From positions 1-64,000 of the forward strand of contig QPMI01000408.1 of assembly GCA_004431415.1 (NCBI GenBank): a stretch of DNA of 64,000 bases, written 5' to 3'. Below are positions 21,904 to 35,680 of the stretch, piece after piece. The position numbers and the translations under genes are program-made. The stretch comes from Cyanophora paradoxa CCMP329 (taxonomy: Eukaryota > Plantae > Glaucophyta). Position 1 is the stretch's first letter, and each line of letters begins with the position of its first letter. The notes beneath the pieces are model-generated. The model was not told the origin of the DNA and made no database searches. It saw only the letters and a program-made list of their open reading frames with translations.

Positions 21904-24900
21904 TTTTTTTTGAACAACCTGTTGCATTCGTACACACTTGACAACAGTCCCCCGCTCCTCGCCTACTGGATACTGGGATGCTGACTGCAGGAGGAGATAG
22001 GTGACAAGAGTGCTACAGCTACTAGTCGTGTCGAGCTGGTGCTTTAGCTGTAGTCTACCGAGTCGCCTCCAGAACATAATATGCGCCGGTCCTCTAGCAG
22101 TGAGCGCGGCATGATGAGCTGCACGGTCCTAGATGCCCGCTTGATGTCTCGTAGAACTTGGCCGTGGTACGCTGTGTCCTATCTAATAGTGGCGGAGATG
22201 CGGTAGGGGGGAGAGTCCACGGTGTCGTCGCGCCCGTCGTCGTCGCCGCCGTTCGAAGTCCAGCTCCGACCAGTGGGACGAGGCGCCGCGCTCCGAGACC
22301 TGCGCCACCCCCCCCCCCCCCCCCCCCCCCCCTCCCCCCCCGCCCCTCCCCTCCCCTCCCCCCCGGACCTCCTTGCTAGCCTTTGTATTTCAGGATGTTG
22401 TGCCCCGAGGGGTCGACATGAAGGAAATGATATGTGGCTGACAGGCGCAGTGATGAGCTGAGAAGCTGGCGGGCGTGTCTGGAGGGGCAGAGCAGATGTG
22501 GGAGACGGGCCAGGCCTGTGGGGGTGATCGCGTCATGGTGGATGCGACGGCAGCCGCAGGTTGCGCACATGTCTGGGAGGTATTGGAGTATGCTGCGGGG
22601 CTTTCGAGGTTTGCGCGGCTTGGGAGGGGGCGTCGGTAGTGGCATCGGCGGTGGCTTCGGGGGCGGTGGCGGCGGCCGGGGCAGCGGGGGCAGCTCTTCC
22701 AGTCGGGCTGGCTGGCGGCGGCGGAGTTTTTTCCGGGGTTTCGAGGTTGCTTGGCCCGCGGGGGCGCGCTCGCTAGGCGGCCGCAGAGTGGTTTCTGCCG
22801 TCGGTTTCCATTCGCCTGGGGCGAAGAATTTAAAGATGGAGCCCTCAGGGAGCCCCGGAATGGGGTCCGGTGGCGGGGCTGAGGCGTCACGCTTGCCGCG
22901 TTTCTGTCCTGGAGGCTTCCGAGGGGCCGGTGCGTGTTTGCGTTTGCTGCTCGGCGGCTCTGACGGTGTTATCCCTGGGCGACGTTTGGCGCTGGAGGCC
23001 GGGGCTGTAACGTCATCCTCCACCGTGCGTTTGGAGCCAACGGGTGGAGGCCTGCTGGTGGACGGTGGCGGGTGTTGCGGGGCCCCGTGCTCGTCTCTGA
23101 AGCGTTTAGCTGATGTCGGGGGTGCTGCAGGCGTGACTGCAGGCCGTTTCGCTACGCGGGCGGGGGGCTGCGGGGGGTAGAGAAGGGGTAGTTCCAAGTC
23201 GGTCGTCGAGGACGTGGGCTGGGAGGGGCTAGGATTGCGGACTAGCTGGAAGCCGACTCCCGCTGCGCTGTCGACGCAGAGACCGGTAGCGAGGTGGCGG
23301 AGGCACCGGCGGGCGGAGGCAAAGCTTGTCCCGCAGGTGTCGCAGCGAGGGCGTCGTGCGTCGAGTTCGCGGAGGCGGGCGCTACGTCGGGGGGGCTGTT
23401 GAGTAGGTTCCTCTTCCAGCTTCTTCCAGGTGAACGCCGCCAGCTCGGCCGCCAGGGCAGGAGCTGCCCCGCCGAGGTACTCCGTGATCGTGACTTGTTG
23501 GCGTTCGAGCGAGGGGCATCGGGTAGTCGGGTTGAGAGGGATTGGTGCCGGGGCTGGCGTAGCAGAGACCTGAGCCAGCATTGAGGCCTTAGCCCGCTTG
23601 GTGCGTTTTTTGCCCGACGTGATGCCGTGTTCCTGTTCCCAGGCTATGACTGCGTCGCAGCGGGTTTTCCAGATGGTCCGTGCATGTTCGTCCGCTAGTT
23701 GCACCAATCCATTCACTGCTTGCTGCGAGGTCGTAGCTAGAGTTCGAACTCCGAAGGCTCGGAGTAGGACGTGAATTCCTTGCGGGGCGACAAGCTGGAA
23801 GAGAGCGCGAAATTCGAATTGATGAAGGAGGTCGGCTGCTTCGAGAATAGCTAGTTTCTGGCCCAGTGGGCAATCCGGAGCGAACTCGAGCGGAGGGCTG
23901 GACATGCCAGGGTCTAGTAGGAAGGGGAATAGCGAGTCCCAGGAGCTGCGAAGTCCCGTCGGCTTGTGTTTCATCACGTGTTTAAGGACGTGTTCGCGGG
24001 CGGCTAGGCGAAAGACGTTGACGGCAGTAGCAGCAGCAGGGCATACCCAGATGTGATCGAAGTCTTCCTCTGCGAGGCGGCAGCGGGGGCAAATCGGTCC
24101 CTCGGGCAGATTGCCGCATAGATGTCCGGGCGCGTGCGAGCACGGACTCGCAGCGTGGCCAGAGATGCAGTCAGCAGTTTCGAGCGCGTCGCGCGAAGCT
24201 GAACCCGGCTTGGGTCTTGCGGCGTCCATCTTTGCGGTGTGCGGACATGAGGGAGAGAGCAGCGTCGATTTGGCCGCCAGTGAAGCGCAGGAGTCTACCA
24301 GCTTCGAGTTGACAGCTCCACTGAATGAAATCCACGAGGTGGGCTTCCTCGTCCATGTGTTTGCGCGGGTCTCCGTTCACGCGGTACGCCAAGAGGTGGC
24401 CGGCGTATCTCTCTGTGCCGGTCGGTAGCTCCGCAGAGCCAGGCTTGGTGCCATAGCGGATGAGCGGGGTGGTGGACCCGCATCCTGCGGGGAGGTATAG
24501 AAGGGCAGGGAAAGGCCCATCGTTGCAGCTTTTCGCGAGGCGATCGGCCTGGTCGTTGTAGCAGTCGTACGCTGGATTGGGTACCAGTTCCGCTCCCGGC
24601 GCCCGGCGGGCTCGCGCCCGGTCTTTCTTGGTCGGGGCAGGCGCAGGGGCCGGTGGGGGCGATTTTGAGTTCTCTTCGGCGAGGGTGGCAACCTCAGCTG
24701 CGCGGAGCGATGCCGGGCGGGTAAGGTTAGAGAGAATCTCGGCGCGAGGCAGATGCAGCCTCCGTTCTCTTTGCAGTTTTCCTACGACCTGGGCGAAGGC
24801 GGCCTCGTCTGATTTTGGCGGGGGATCTGCTGCCGGATCTGGTAACGTGATGAGCGTTGGCGAGGGAGGGCAGGAGTGAGCAACGAGGGAGTCCTCTTCG

Positions 24901-25293
24901 CTGTCGCTTGCCTGCCAGTTGTCCTCGAGTGTTAAGCGGGTCTCGCCTCCGTCGTCGATTTCAGAGTCAGGCGGCGTCGGCAGCATGCCACCGTGGTGCA
25001 AGGTTGCCACCGTTCGCCGGCGCCGGCTGCCGAGCGTTGGAACGCATGCTGTTTCTGGAGTCGCAAACGCGAGCTGATCCGGGGGGAAAGGTGCGGAGCC
25101 TATTTCAGTGGTGCCGAGGTAAAGGGCAAGTATAATGAAATGGGTGTAGGTCCGAAGCCGTTCCGGGAAGTCCCGGATGAGTGTGCTGAGGCGTTGCGTC
25201 GACGGGTCACCCGAGAGGACGTAGGCTGTCATGAGGAGAAGGATCCCACAGGAGGAGCGGGCAATCTGGATGGGGCCGTCACAGGCGTCTGTC
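21904..25293 (-). mobile_element. 5'-truncated non-LTR retrotransposon (LINE), 3390 bp
   Basis: Exact 21-bp TSD GAGCGAGCCCATACCGTGCGA at 21883-21903 and 25294-25314. A8 tail (T8 on +) at 21904-21911 and a G-rich 3' UTR. Confidence 0.93.
22376..25293 (-). pseudogene. LINE ORF2 C-terminal part: RNase H end, CCHC zinc knuckle, C2H2-like finger, Pro-rich linker, Cys/His terminal domain (frameshift ~24200)
   Basis: YNDQADRLAK (RNase H C-terminal motif), CPRCRLAEEDFDHIWVC, IWKTRCDAVIAWEQEHGI and CDTCGTSF...RHL. The RT domain is absent because of the truncation. Confidence 0.8.
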
Positions 25294-25411
25294 GAGCGAG
25301 CCCATACCGTGCGAGTGAAGAGCGCTTTCGCTCTATTCCAGGCCATAGTCGATCGTCCATGAATGCCACAAATTCAAACAAATTTAAGCCACATCAAGGG
25401 GCTGCAAAACT

Positions 25412-28032
<2,621 letters not shown>

Positions 28033-30564
28033 CGAAGGCCGGCGGGAGGTTTGACAATGCGAACGCCATGAAGGTCGGGCGGGTCTCTCGAATTTGAAAT
28101 TCGAATCAAATACGTCGATCTAAATGTTTTGAATTGAATTGATCGCATTCGAATCGAATTCGAAGTCGCGACCGTACGCGTGCGATCGGCTGCGCCGAAA
28201 AAAAGAAGAAGAACTACCCACTTTTTTTTTCGTTCTCGACTAGTACTAGTACTGGCCAATATGCATGGTCGTTCTCGACATGTATACGTATACGTATACG
28301 TACAGCGCTAGCGAGCTCACGATTTCCAGTTTGGATATCGATGCATATGGCCGGTGTGCATGCGGCGCCGGCGCGTCGCCGGCTGCGCATGCGCATGCGC
28401 ATGCGGCGCGGCCGTACGTGTACATGTACGCGTGGCGCGGCCAGCAACTCCCGTGGCCATGGCCATGGCGCAATTGCAAGTACTTATGTTATTAGGCACT
28501 CATAATGAAGATTCATAGCATAATAGCATAGTATATTAAAATGCACAAATCTAGTCATCTGCATCTACAACTGCATATGCACCATCATCCTCTACATCTT
28601 CTGCACTTGCGACCTCAAAATTGGAAGCGATGTCCTTACTGACTGCTTGGAGCTGGTCAATTTCGTGATCTGCGTGAGAAGAAACTGAAAACTGCTGTCT
28701 ATAAGCTCGTACACGTGCAGCAACATCTCTAGCTTTGTCCTCCTCAGGGAGAGTTCGCCACTCCGGGACAATAACAACACGAGGGCGTAGAGTATCATCG
28801 CAATCAAGAGGGAAAAAGAGTACACGCTGTAGCTCGGAAACGTCAATGTAACTGGAGAAAGTCTCCACTTTCTGAATGGTATACACGGGATTGTCAGAAT
28901 CAACAGTCAATTCCTCATGCATTGCTCGGGAGTCCGTGTCGTACCACTGAACACGAGCAAGCACTTCAAAGTGCTCACACGGCTTCACCTTCGAATCCTC
29001 ATCAACGAAGGTCGAGGAAAAGTGTACTTTGACGAAATCCGTGATTCTTCCGGCAGTCATGTACCGATTGCCATTCTCATGCATGGCATAAGCCTGCACA
29101 GCACTGCTGTCCGAGGTGAAAGTGCCCTCCTTCTCCTCAGCTCGGAAGGTTGTGTTGAACATTCTGACTTTCTTGAATCGCCAGCCCTCCAAGCTGGGCC
29201 CAGCAAGCAATGCTACCTCCTCGCTTGTGAGTGGTTTCTCCTTGCACTTGGAAGCAGATACAGACTTGGGAACAAAAGGCCTCCATCTCTCAAAGGGGAT
29301 ATTATCCTGCGAACATCTACTTAGCAGAAGCAAGCACATATCTTTGGAGAGTGCACGTACCAGAGAAATGTCCCTCTTTGCTACCCGGGCTTGTTTGTCC
29401 TTCTCGTAACGTTGTTCAAGCGATATAAGAACAGGATGAGTTCGTTTTAACCAGGTCCAAATTTCTTTTCTTTCAGGTTCTGTGAAGGTGCAGCTGAACT
29501 GCGTGCTGAGAATCTCACACGAAGCTTTTACTGCATCGACGTCCTTGCTTCCAGCTTTCCACTTCTCATGCCGCCTTCTATTATTCTGTGTGTGGGACCG
29601 AATCAGACACACATTTGCATCCTCGTCCCCACCCCCCTCCTCTCGCGAGAAATGCAGATGCGCACAGCAGCAATGATGAAGCGTGGGTCGGAGTAGAGTA
29701 AGGTTGGGCAAAGAAGTTCTAGGCCTTGAATCTTGCCGACAAGGTGCTCCTGATCCACGGCCAGGCGAACAACTCCAGTGTGTAGCTGTCTGGAGATCAG
29801 ACTAGCTGGTCGACTAGATTCTTGTAAACAATCATACCGCAAGACCCTTGGCGATAGATGCAATTGGGTATCTGTTATTTCGTTTAAGCTGTGCCACCAA
29901 GTGGTTCACACGCTCGAAGGCAAACATGTTGACCTGCGACCCTCGCCATCAATGAAGCTTCACGGTCTGAGCCTCAGAAAAGGACTGACCTCATGAAGAT
30001 TCCCAACAAGCAAGATCGCCTGGATAATGTAGCGTACGTCGAAGAGCAAGGGGATCAGAATTGAAGTAGGGTACCAATCCTCAAGCCGCACAAGCCACTT
30101 CATATAGCGGATCTCCAGCCACTCTACCATTGAACGCCTGGAAGATCGAGTCATGTCAAAAAGCAGTGGAGCACGCAAGATCTCACCAATGCTGGTGCTG
30201 AAACATCTCATCCCACATATCGCACAACTCGAAGAAGATGGCTCGCTCCTCTTTCTGAAACGGTTCGAAGATGCCCAAAAAGCACGGTTTGGCCAAGTAC
30301 CTGTACCAAGCAAAGGTAGTAGCTCGAAGAAAGCACAAGGAAAGCACGAGGAAAGCACCTGATGAACTTGTGCCGGCAGTCTGTCTTCAAGGATCCAAAG
30401 TGCTGAAATGGGCGCCGAGGCTGGTCTCCACGATCAGCCCACATGCGCACCCTGATTGCTCGCTTGTCAACTAGTGCCTTCTGTGCGCTTGAAAATACAC
30501 ATGGATGTCTCTCCCAGCGTTCATGTTCAGGAACATCACCATCTTCCTCGTTGCCGTTACCATT

Positions 30565-30636
30565 GCCCTTGCCCTTGCCCTTGCCCTTGCCCTTGCCCTT
30601 GCCCTTGCCCTTGCCCTTGCCCTTGCCCTTGCCCTT
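30565..30636. repeat. (GCCCTT)12 hexamer repeat encoding (KG)n in the transposase
   Basis: Read directly; the minus frame reads DKGKGKG... Confidence 0.9.
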
Positions 30637-30653
30637 GTCTCTCCTTGGGTTGT

Positions 30654-31397
30654 GTCGAACCCCCCGTTGACCCCGGCCACCCCTATGGCTTCGGCCCCCC
30701 CACCGGCTTCGGCCCCCCCCTCGGCTTCGGCCACCCCATCGGCTTCGGCCCCCCCCCCGGCTTCGGCCACCCCATTGGCCTCGGCCACCCCTCAGGCTTC
30801 GGCCACCCCCCCTCAGACCGACCCCTCCCGACCCCTCGCGACCCGCCTCGTCTCCGCACTCCCCGCTCTCTGCGCCGCCTGTCAATGCCCACGCTCACTC
30901 CACTCTGCCGTCCCGGCACTGCTCCCTGCCCTGCCCCGCATCCGCTGCCCACCCCCTACCGCTGCCTCCGCCCACTCCCTCTCCTTCCTCATATCTTCCT
31001 CCTACCACCTCCTTCACCTCGACAGAACGGGACACCGATTAATCGGGGTCCTGGGGCGCAGGTGAGGAGGAGGGAGGAGGCAGAGTGAGGAGGAGGAGGG
31101 GTGGCGGAGTGGCGGCAAGGGAGGGCGGCGGACTGCGAGACATTTAATTTCACTTCCAGGGCTCATGAGGGATGGAGGAGTTGATCAAGGGGTGGGCGCG
31201 CGGGCCTGGTTACGGCTATCACCGAAAACCATGGCTCCCCCACTCAGGCGAACCTCCCATATTGAGCGACCCATGGCCGGCACCTTGCTAGCATCTTCGG
31301 CTAGATAGATGACCGGTCGGAAGGGCGCGTCACGTAGAACATTGATACATGTGCCGTGGTGTATCAATGCGACGTCCACTTTTGCAAAAAAAAAAAA
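30654..31397 (+). mobile_element. Severely 5'-truncated LINE copy (744 bp) inserted in a transposase exon
   Basis: Exact 19-bp TSD TTGTCTCTCCTTGGGTTGT at 30635-30653 and 31398-31416. A12 tail at 31386-31397. The encoded peptide is homologous to the C-terminus of the 22.4-kb LINE ORF. Confidence 0.92.
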
Positions 31398-34300
31398 TTG
31401 TCTCTCCTTGGGTTGTCCATGGCCAGTAGATCAATGAACTTGCCACGATCTATGTCTGCCTAAAGTTTCTCATCAGCCTAAGCCTCAGCGAATGATCAGG
31501 GTGCACCTCACGCCATTTCTTGTTGTCAAACTGCCCAGCAAACAGCTTCATGAAGCGCTTCTGTAGATTCCCACCACCATGCATTGGATCGAAGATGACA
31601 TTCCTTGTCACATCAAAGCCAGGGATCTCATCAAAAATGCAGATCCCTTTGATGCCTGGTGGGATGTTAACGTTTAGATGTGGAAACATGATCCAAGAGC
31701 CCCAGCGCACCTGTCGAATTTTGAATCTGTGTAAACCTTGTTGTATCCTCTTGTTCCACAGCATGCTCAAAATTTCTGTAGATTCGTTTTACCTCATCCA
31801 AAGACCGCTCCTGCTGTCGGTTACATACAGACGGAGCAGAAAAGAACAAGCTGATATTCACATGAGGTGCAACTCCATCTTCTGTTGTCCCATCAGGCTT
31901 TCTTCTGTCGCGATGGCCTGGAGGCAGCCACCGCCGATAACCTTTGAGCGTGCACGTTAACATTCAGAATCAGATAAGACGGACTGCGACAGTGCAAGTA
32001 CAATACAGCCACATGCACCTTCAATGATTTGTGTATCTGCAACTTTCTTTGCCCGGACAGATGATCGGACAGCATTCGGGATGTTTGAAGCGTGATGCAC
32101 CTTCAAAATCTGTCATAGTGTAAGCATTGGTGAGCATCTGTCGCAGCACATGCATGGTCAAATAAAAGCCACATACTTTATTGTATTCTTCGCGATCAGC
32201 AACCGCAACCCGAAGCTTCGCCTTGTAAATGTACTTCTTTCCAGTCGTTGGGTGCTCAAGCTCCATTCCTGTCAGGTTGCATATGCCGGTCAGGGATCTC
32301 AAGGGCAATCAGCATCTCATGGGCAGCGAGAACCATCAGTCTGCAGACGGATGAAGGATTCAATGATAGGTCGGTAAAACACATCCAAGTTCTTAGGACC
32401 TTGACTAGCAATCACAGGGATCAAGAAGTATCCAGGCCTGACTCGACACGTGGGATCCAGGTTGTAGCAGACAACGACGATCGGATGGGCCCCCCCTGTC
32501 TTCGGATCGTTGTTCTTGCGTTTTTTTTTGCTCAAGTCGAGTCCATCGCTGGAAATACCCCAGATACCGTTGATTGGGGTGGCCGCAGTAACAAAATCTG
32601 TCATTCTGTGAATCTGTCTGCTCCACTGGGCTACATTGTCATGTACCTTTTGACTCTTCTTTCCAAATAACACCATCGTAGAAGCCTGAAGATCAATGTA
32701 AAGAATGCAAGATGCAGAGAAGTATGCAGAACAGGGTGCACACTCTCCAAAAGATTCTCTTGCTCCTCTTCGCTCCTCTCCTTTGCATTCCTCTGCATGG
32801 TCCTCCACGCATAGAACATGTTGTCGTACATGTGCTGGCTTGCCAACAGATCCGCTATCCCTTCCTCGACATCCATAAAGGCTGCTTGAAACTGGGGCCT
32901 GCCACGCAACCCACGCTCTGTATGGTATCGATCCGCACCACACTCCGGGCATTTCTCTTCTTCTGCATATTCTCCCTCGAACAGCACACAATTCATTTTC
33001 GGGCAGACGTCTACGATGCGATAAGACGGCAGGTAGGCATCGAGTGCCTGAGGTTCCATCAAACACAATTCGCCAGAACCTGGCTTCAAATATGCTAACC
33101 TGGATGACCGCCCTGAAGGACGTAGGGTGATTGTGACCAATTAGCTCACTGTAAGTTTTCACAATGGAGTCCATCTGCGTGTACTGCATCGCTCCGGGCT
33201 TCATTGCGAATGTAACCAGGAGCGCCAAACAGAGTCCAAAGACAGTGGTGGAGCTTCCTGGTGTCAGCGGTGCGTCTGTTTCGATCGCGCCAATCAGTTG
33301 CGAGGCTTCAGGATCAGGCTCCAGGAGCTGCCGACGCTCCTCATCTGTGAGATCTTGGCACAACGACAAGATCTGTTGTGCGCCCCCAGCAGAGCGAGGT
33401 TTCCTCCGTCGGTGAGGGGCCTTGGCGGCCAGTCCCTCGTGATTCGGCATAACGTCTGGGTTTTTCGGCTCGCCAATGGCCGCTTCCGTGCTCTCGGTGT
33501 CCATAGCGTCAATCGCGAGGTCATCAATATCACCCCCCTGAGCAGCACTAGACTCGTTCTCCTGCGCAGAGGCTGGCGGATCTAGGCACTGAAAACTATG
33601 TGCAAACATATTCAACTTACGCTCGTAGCGCTCGCAACACCTCGCGACGGGTGGAAAAGGAATTCTGGGGGCCTTCCTCCGTACTGCACTACGATCAGAA
33701 GCAGAAAGGCGCGCATCCCGTTCCCGCCCTCACCTCAGGATGCCAAGCTGAAGGATCTAACGTTGGACCCTGTGCTATGACCGTCCCGCGCCTCCAAGAT
33801 CGCGCCGAGTGCGACAACCGTCCAAGCAGGTGAGTGCGCTCGGTCTTGGCATTCTGTAGGTATCCAAACGGCCAGCACTTGTTGCACCGGCATCGTCCGT
33901 CTTCTCGTCTCTTCAATCTAATGCCACCCTTCACTTTCATGGTTGCAAGGAGGGGGTACGGGTAAGACGGAGGAGCAGGACGAGGAGGAGCTGCTCGGCA
34001 TCGACGGCCTCTCGAACGAGCGCATCGCCATGCTGCCCTTCGACACCAGCCGCCGCTGGTCCGACCCTCTCCCCGCCCGCCCGGACCAGTGGCGGCTGAC
34101 CGGATTTGCGTCCAACGGAGCGGCGCTGACGCAAACGGCAGCCGCCGGCGCTCCACGCCGACAGCGCCGCGAAGCTGCGTGGCGGCCTCCACGCCGACAG
34201 CGCCGTGCGCCGCTTCCGGTGCATGCGCATGCGCATGTCTCGCCTTGTGCCGACCAAGTGCTTTTTCTGCCCAGTTCGCCTGGCCTTATTCGACCGAACT

Positions 34301-34494
34301 CGCTCCTCTCTGCGGGCCCGAGGCAGGCGCCAGCGGGACGCCGACGTTCCTGCGACGGCAGCGGCGGCGGCGCGAGCAGGCCCATGCCCCTCCGGCTTCG
34401 AAGTGGGCGGGGCCGGCTTCTTCCCTGGGCCTCGGGGCCGGCTTCTTCCCTGGGCCTCGCCCCCCGTGCTAACAGCCGGCGCCGCCCGCCACGC

Positions 34495-34745
34495 GCCGCC
34501 CCCGCCCCCGCATCGCGTGGCGGTCGACACCGGCTGTGAGCGGTCGGCCTTCGGGCTGCACGGCTTCCTCGCCTCGCTCGGCCACGTGCGTGCCCCGGCC
34601 GCCCCCTCCTCGCCCGCCACGTGCCGCCCCCGCCCCCGCATCGCGTGGCGGTCGACACCGGCTGTGAGCGGTCGGCCTTCGGGCTGCACGGCTTTCTCGC
34701 CTCGCTCGGCCACGTGCGCGCCCCGGCCGCCCCCTCCTCGCCCCG
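34495..34745. repeat. ~125-bp tandem duplication upstream of the transposase (possible subterminal repeat)
   Basis: CCCCGCCCCCGCATCGCGTGGCGGTCGACACCGGCTGTGAGCGGTCGGCC... occurs twice. A 31-bp direct repeat also lies at 33975-34005 and 34765-34795. Confidence 0.85.
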
Positions 34746-35680
34746 CCTCACCCGCGCGGGCCCCGCAGGACGAGGAGGAGCTGCTCGGCATCGACTCGCA
34801 ATCGAGGACCAGGCCGAGATCGAGGCAGGTGGGGCGGGCGGCAGCCTGGGCGGGTCGCGGCAGGGCCGGCCCCTCTTGCGGCCTCGTCCCTCCCGCTTGC
34901 TGGCCCTCGGCTGCGATCAGGGACGTGCGGCGATCGCCCCCCTCACGCCGCCTTGCCCCTCGTGGTTGTCGGCCTCGCCCCTCCCACTCGTCGGCCCTCA
35001 GCTGCGATCGTTGACGTGCGGCAGGCGGGGCTGGCTGTCGTGGGGCCGGCCCCCTGCGGCCGGCAATATATAGTGTAGTCCTCTTTCTTTCCCTGAATCT
35101 TTCTATGGTTGAGTCCTCTCTTTAAGAATCCTTTAGTGATACTGTGATAGGTGTCTACAGTAATACACCCGCCCACCTGCTCCAGCACACACATGCAGAG
35201 CCTGCCTGCTACTCGTCTGTGGCCCAAGGTCCGTTTCAAGTTTAGCATTTGCATTAAATTTGCATGAGCACAACCGAGCCACGGTGGAAAGGCGAACTTC
35301 GGAATTCGAAAGCTAATGTCTAAAAAGCTAAATCAGTACTCGATCATTCCTGCTCTAGCGATACAGATATAGCTGGCCATGGCTGCCACCACAGTGCCCC
35401 TGAAAGAGGAGAAGATGTGCTGGCGAATTGCTGTCATGTTGGTGCAAAGAGCAAATTCATGTTGGTGCTGTCATGTCAGGCGAATTCAAATTGAAATAGA
35501 GCAAAAAAATTCGAATCGATTTGAGCTGAATCGTTGAAATGAAATTCGAATTCGCATTCGATTTGAATCAAAACTTGAATTTGATTCAATTTTGCTTCGG
35601 CGGCAAAAAGGCATGATGCCAGTAGCAGACATCATTTTTGAATTCGTCGAAGCGTAGGAAGTCCCACACCGTCTACGCCG

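Larger units (their letters stand above)
21494..25362 (+). pseudogene. Coiled-coil protein gene interrupted by the LINE insertion
   Basis: Removing 21904-25293 plus one TSD restores ...LKERDAERAHTVR-VKSAFALFQAIVDRP* (stop 25360-25362). Start uncertain. Confidence 0.55.
28551..33940 (-). pseudogene. CACTA/EnSpm-type (TnpD, Transposase_21-like) multi-exon transposase, interrupted by a LINE fragment
   Basis: N-terminal RCRCNKC...THLL; VDVCPKMNCVLF...CPECGADRY; GISSDGL...HPIVVVCYNLDPTCR...GPKNLDVFYRPII; VAVAD; YRRWLPPGHRDR; FDPMH; FGSLKTDCRHKF; C-terminal AGRITDF...LARVQWY. Confidence 0.85.

Noticed and set aside
25294-25346. ATG start of the 391-aa ORF 24171..25346
   Set aside because: The first ~17 codons come from the TSD and flanking target DNA. 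The ORF is a chimera with a 5'-truncated LINE.
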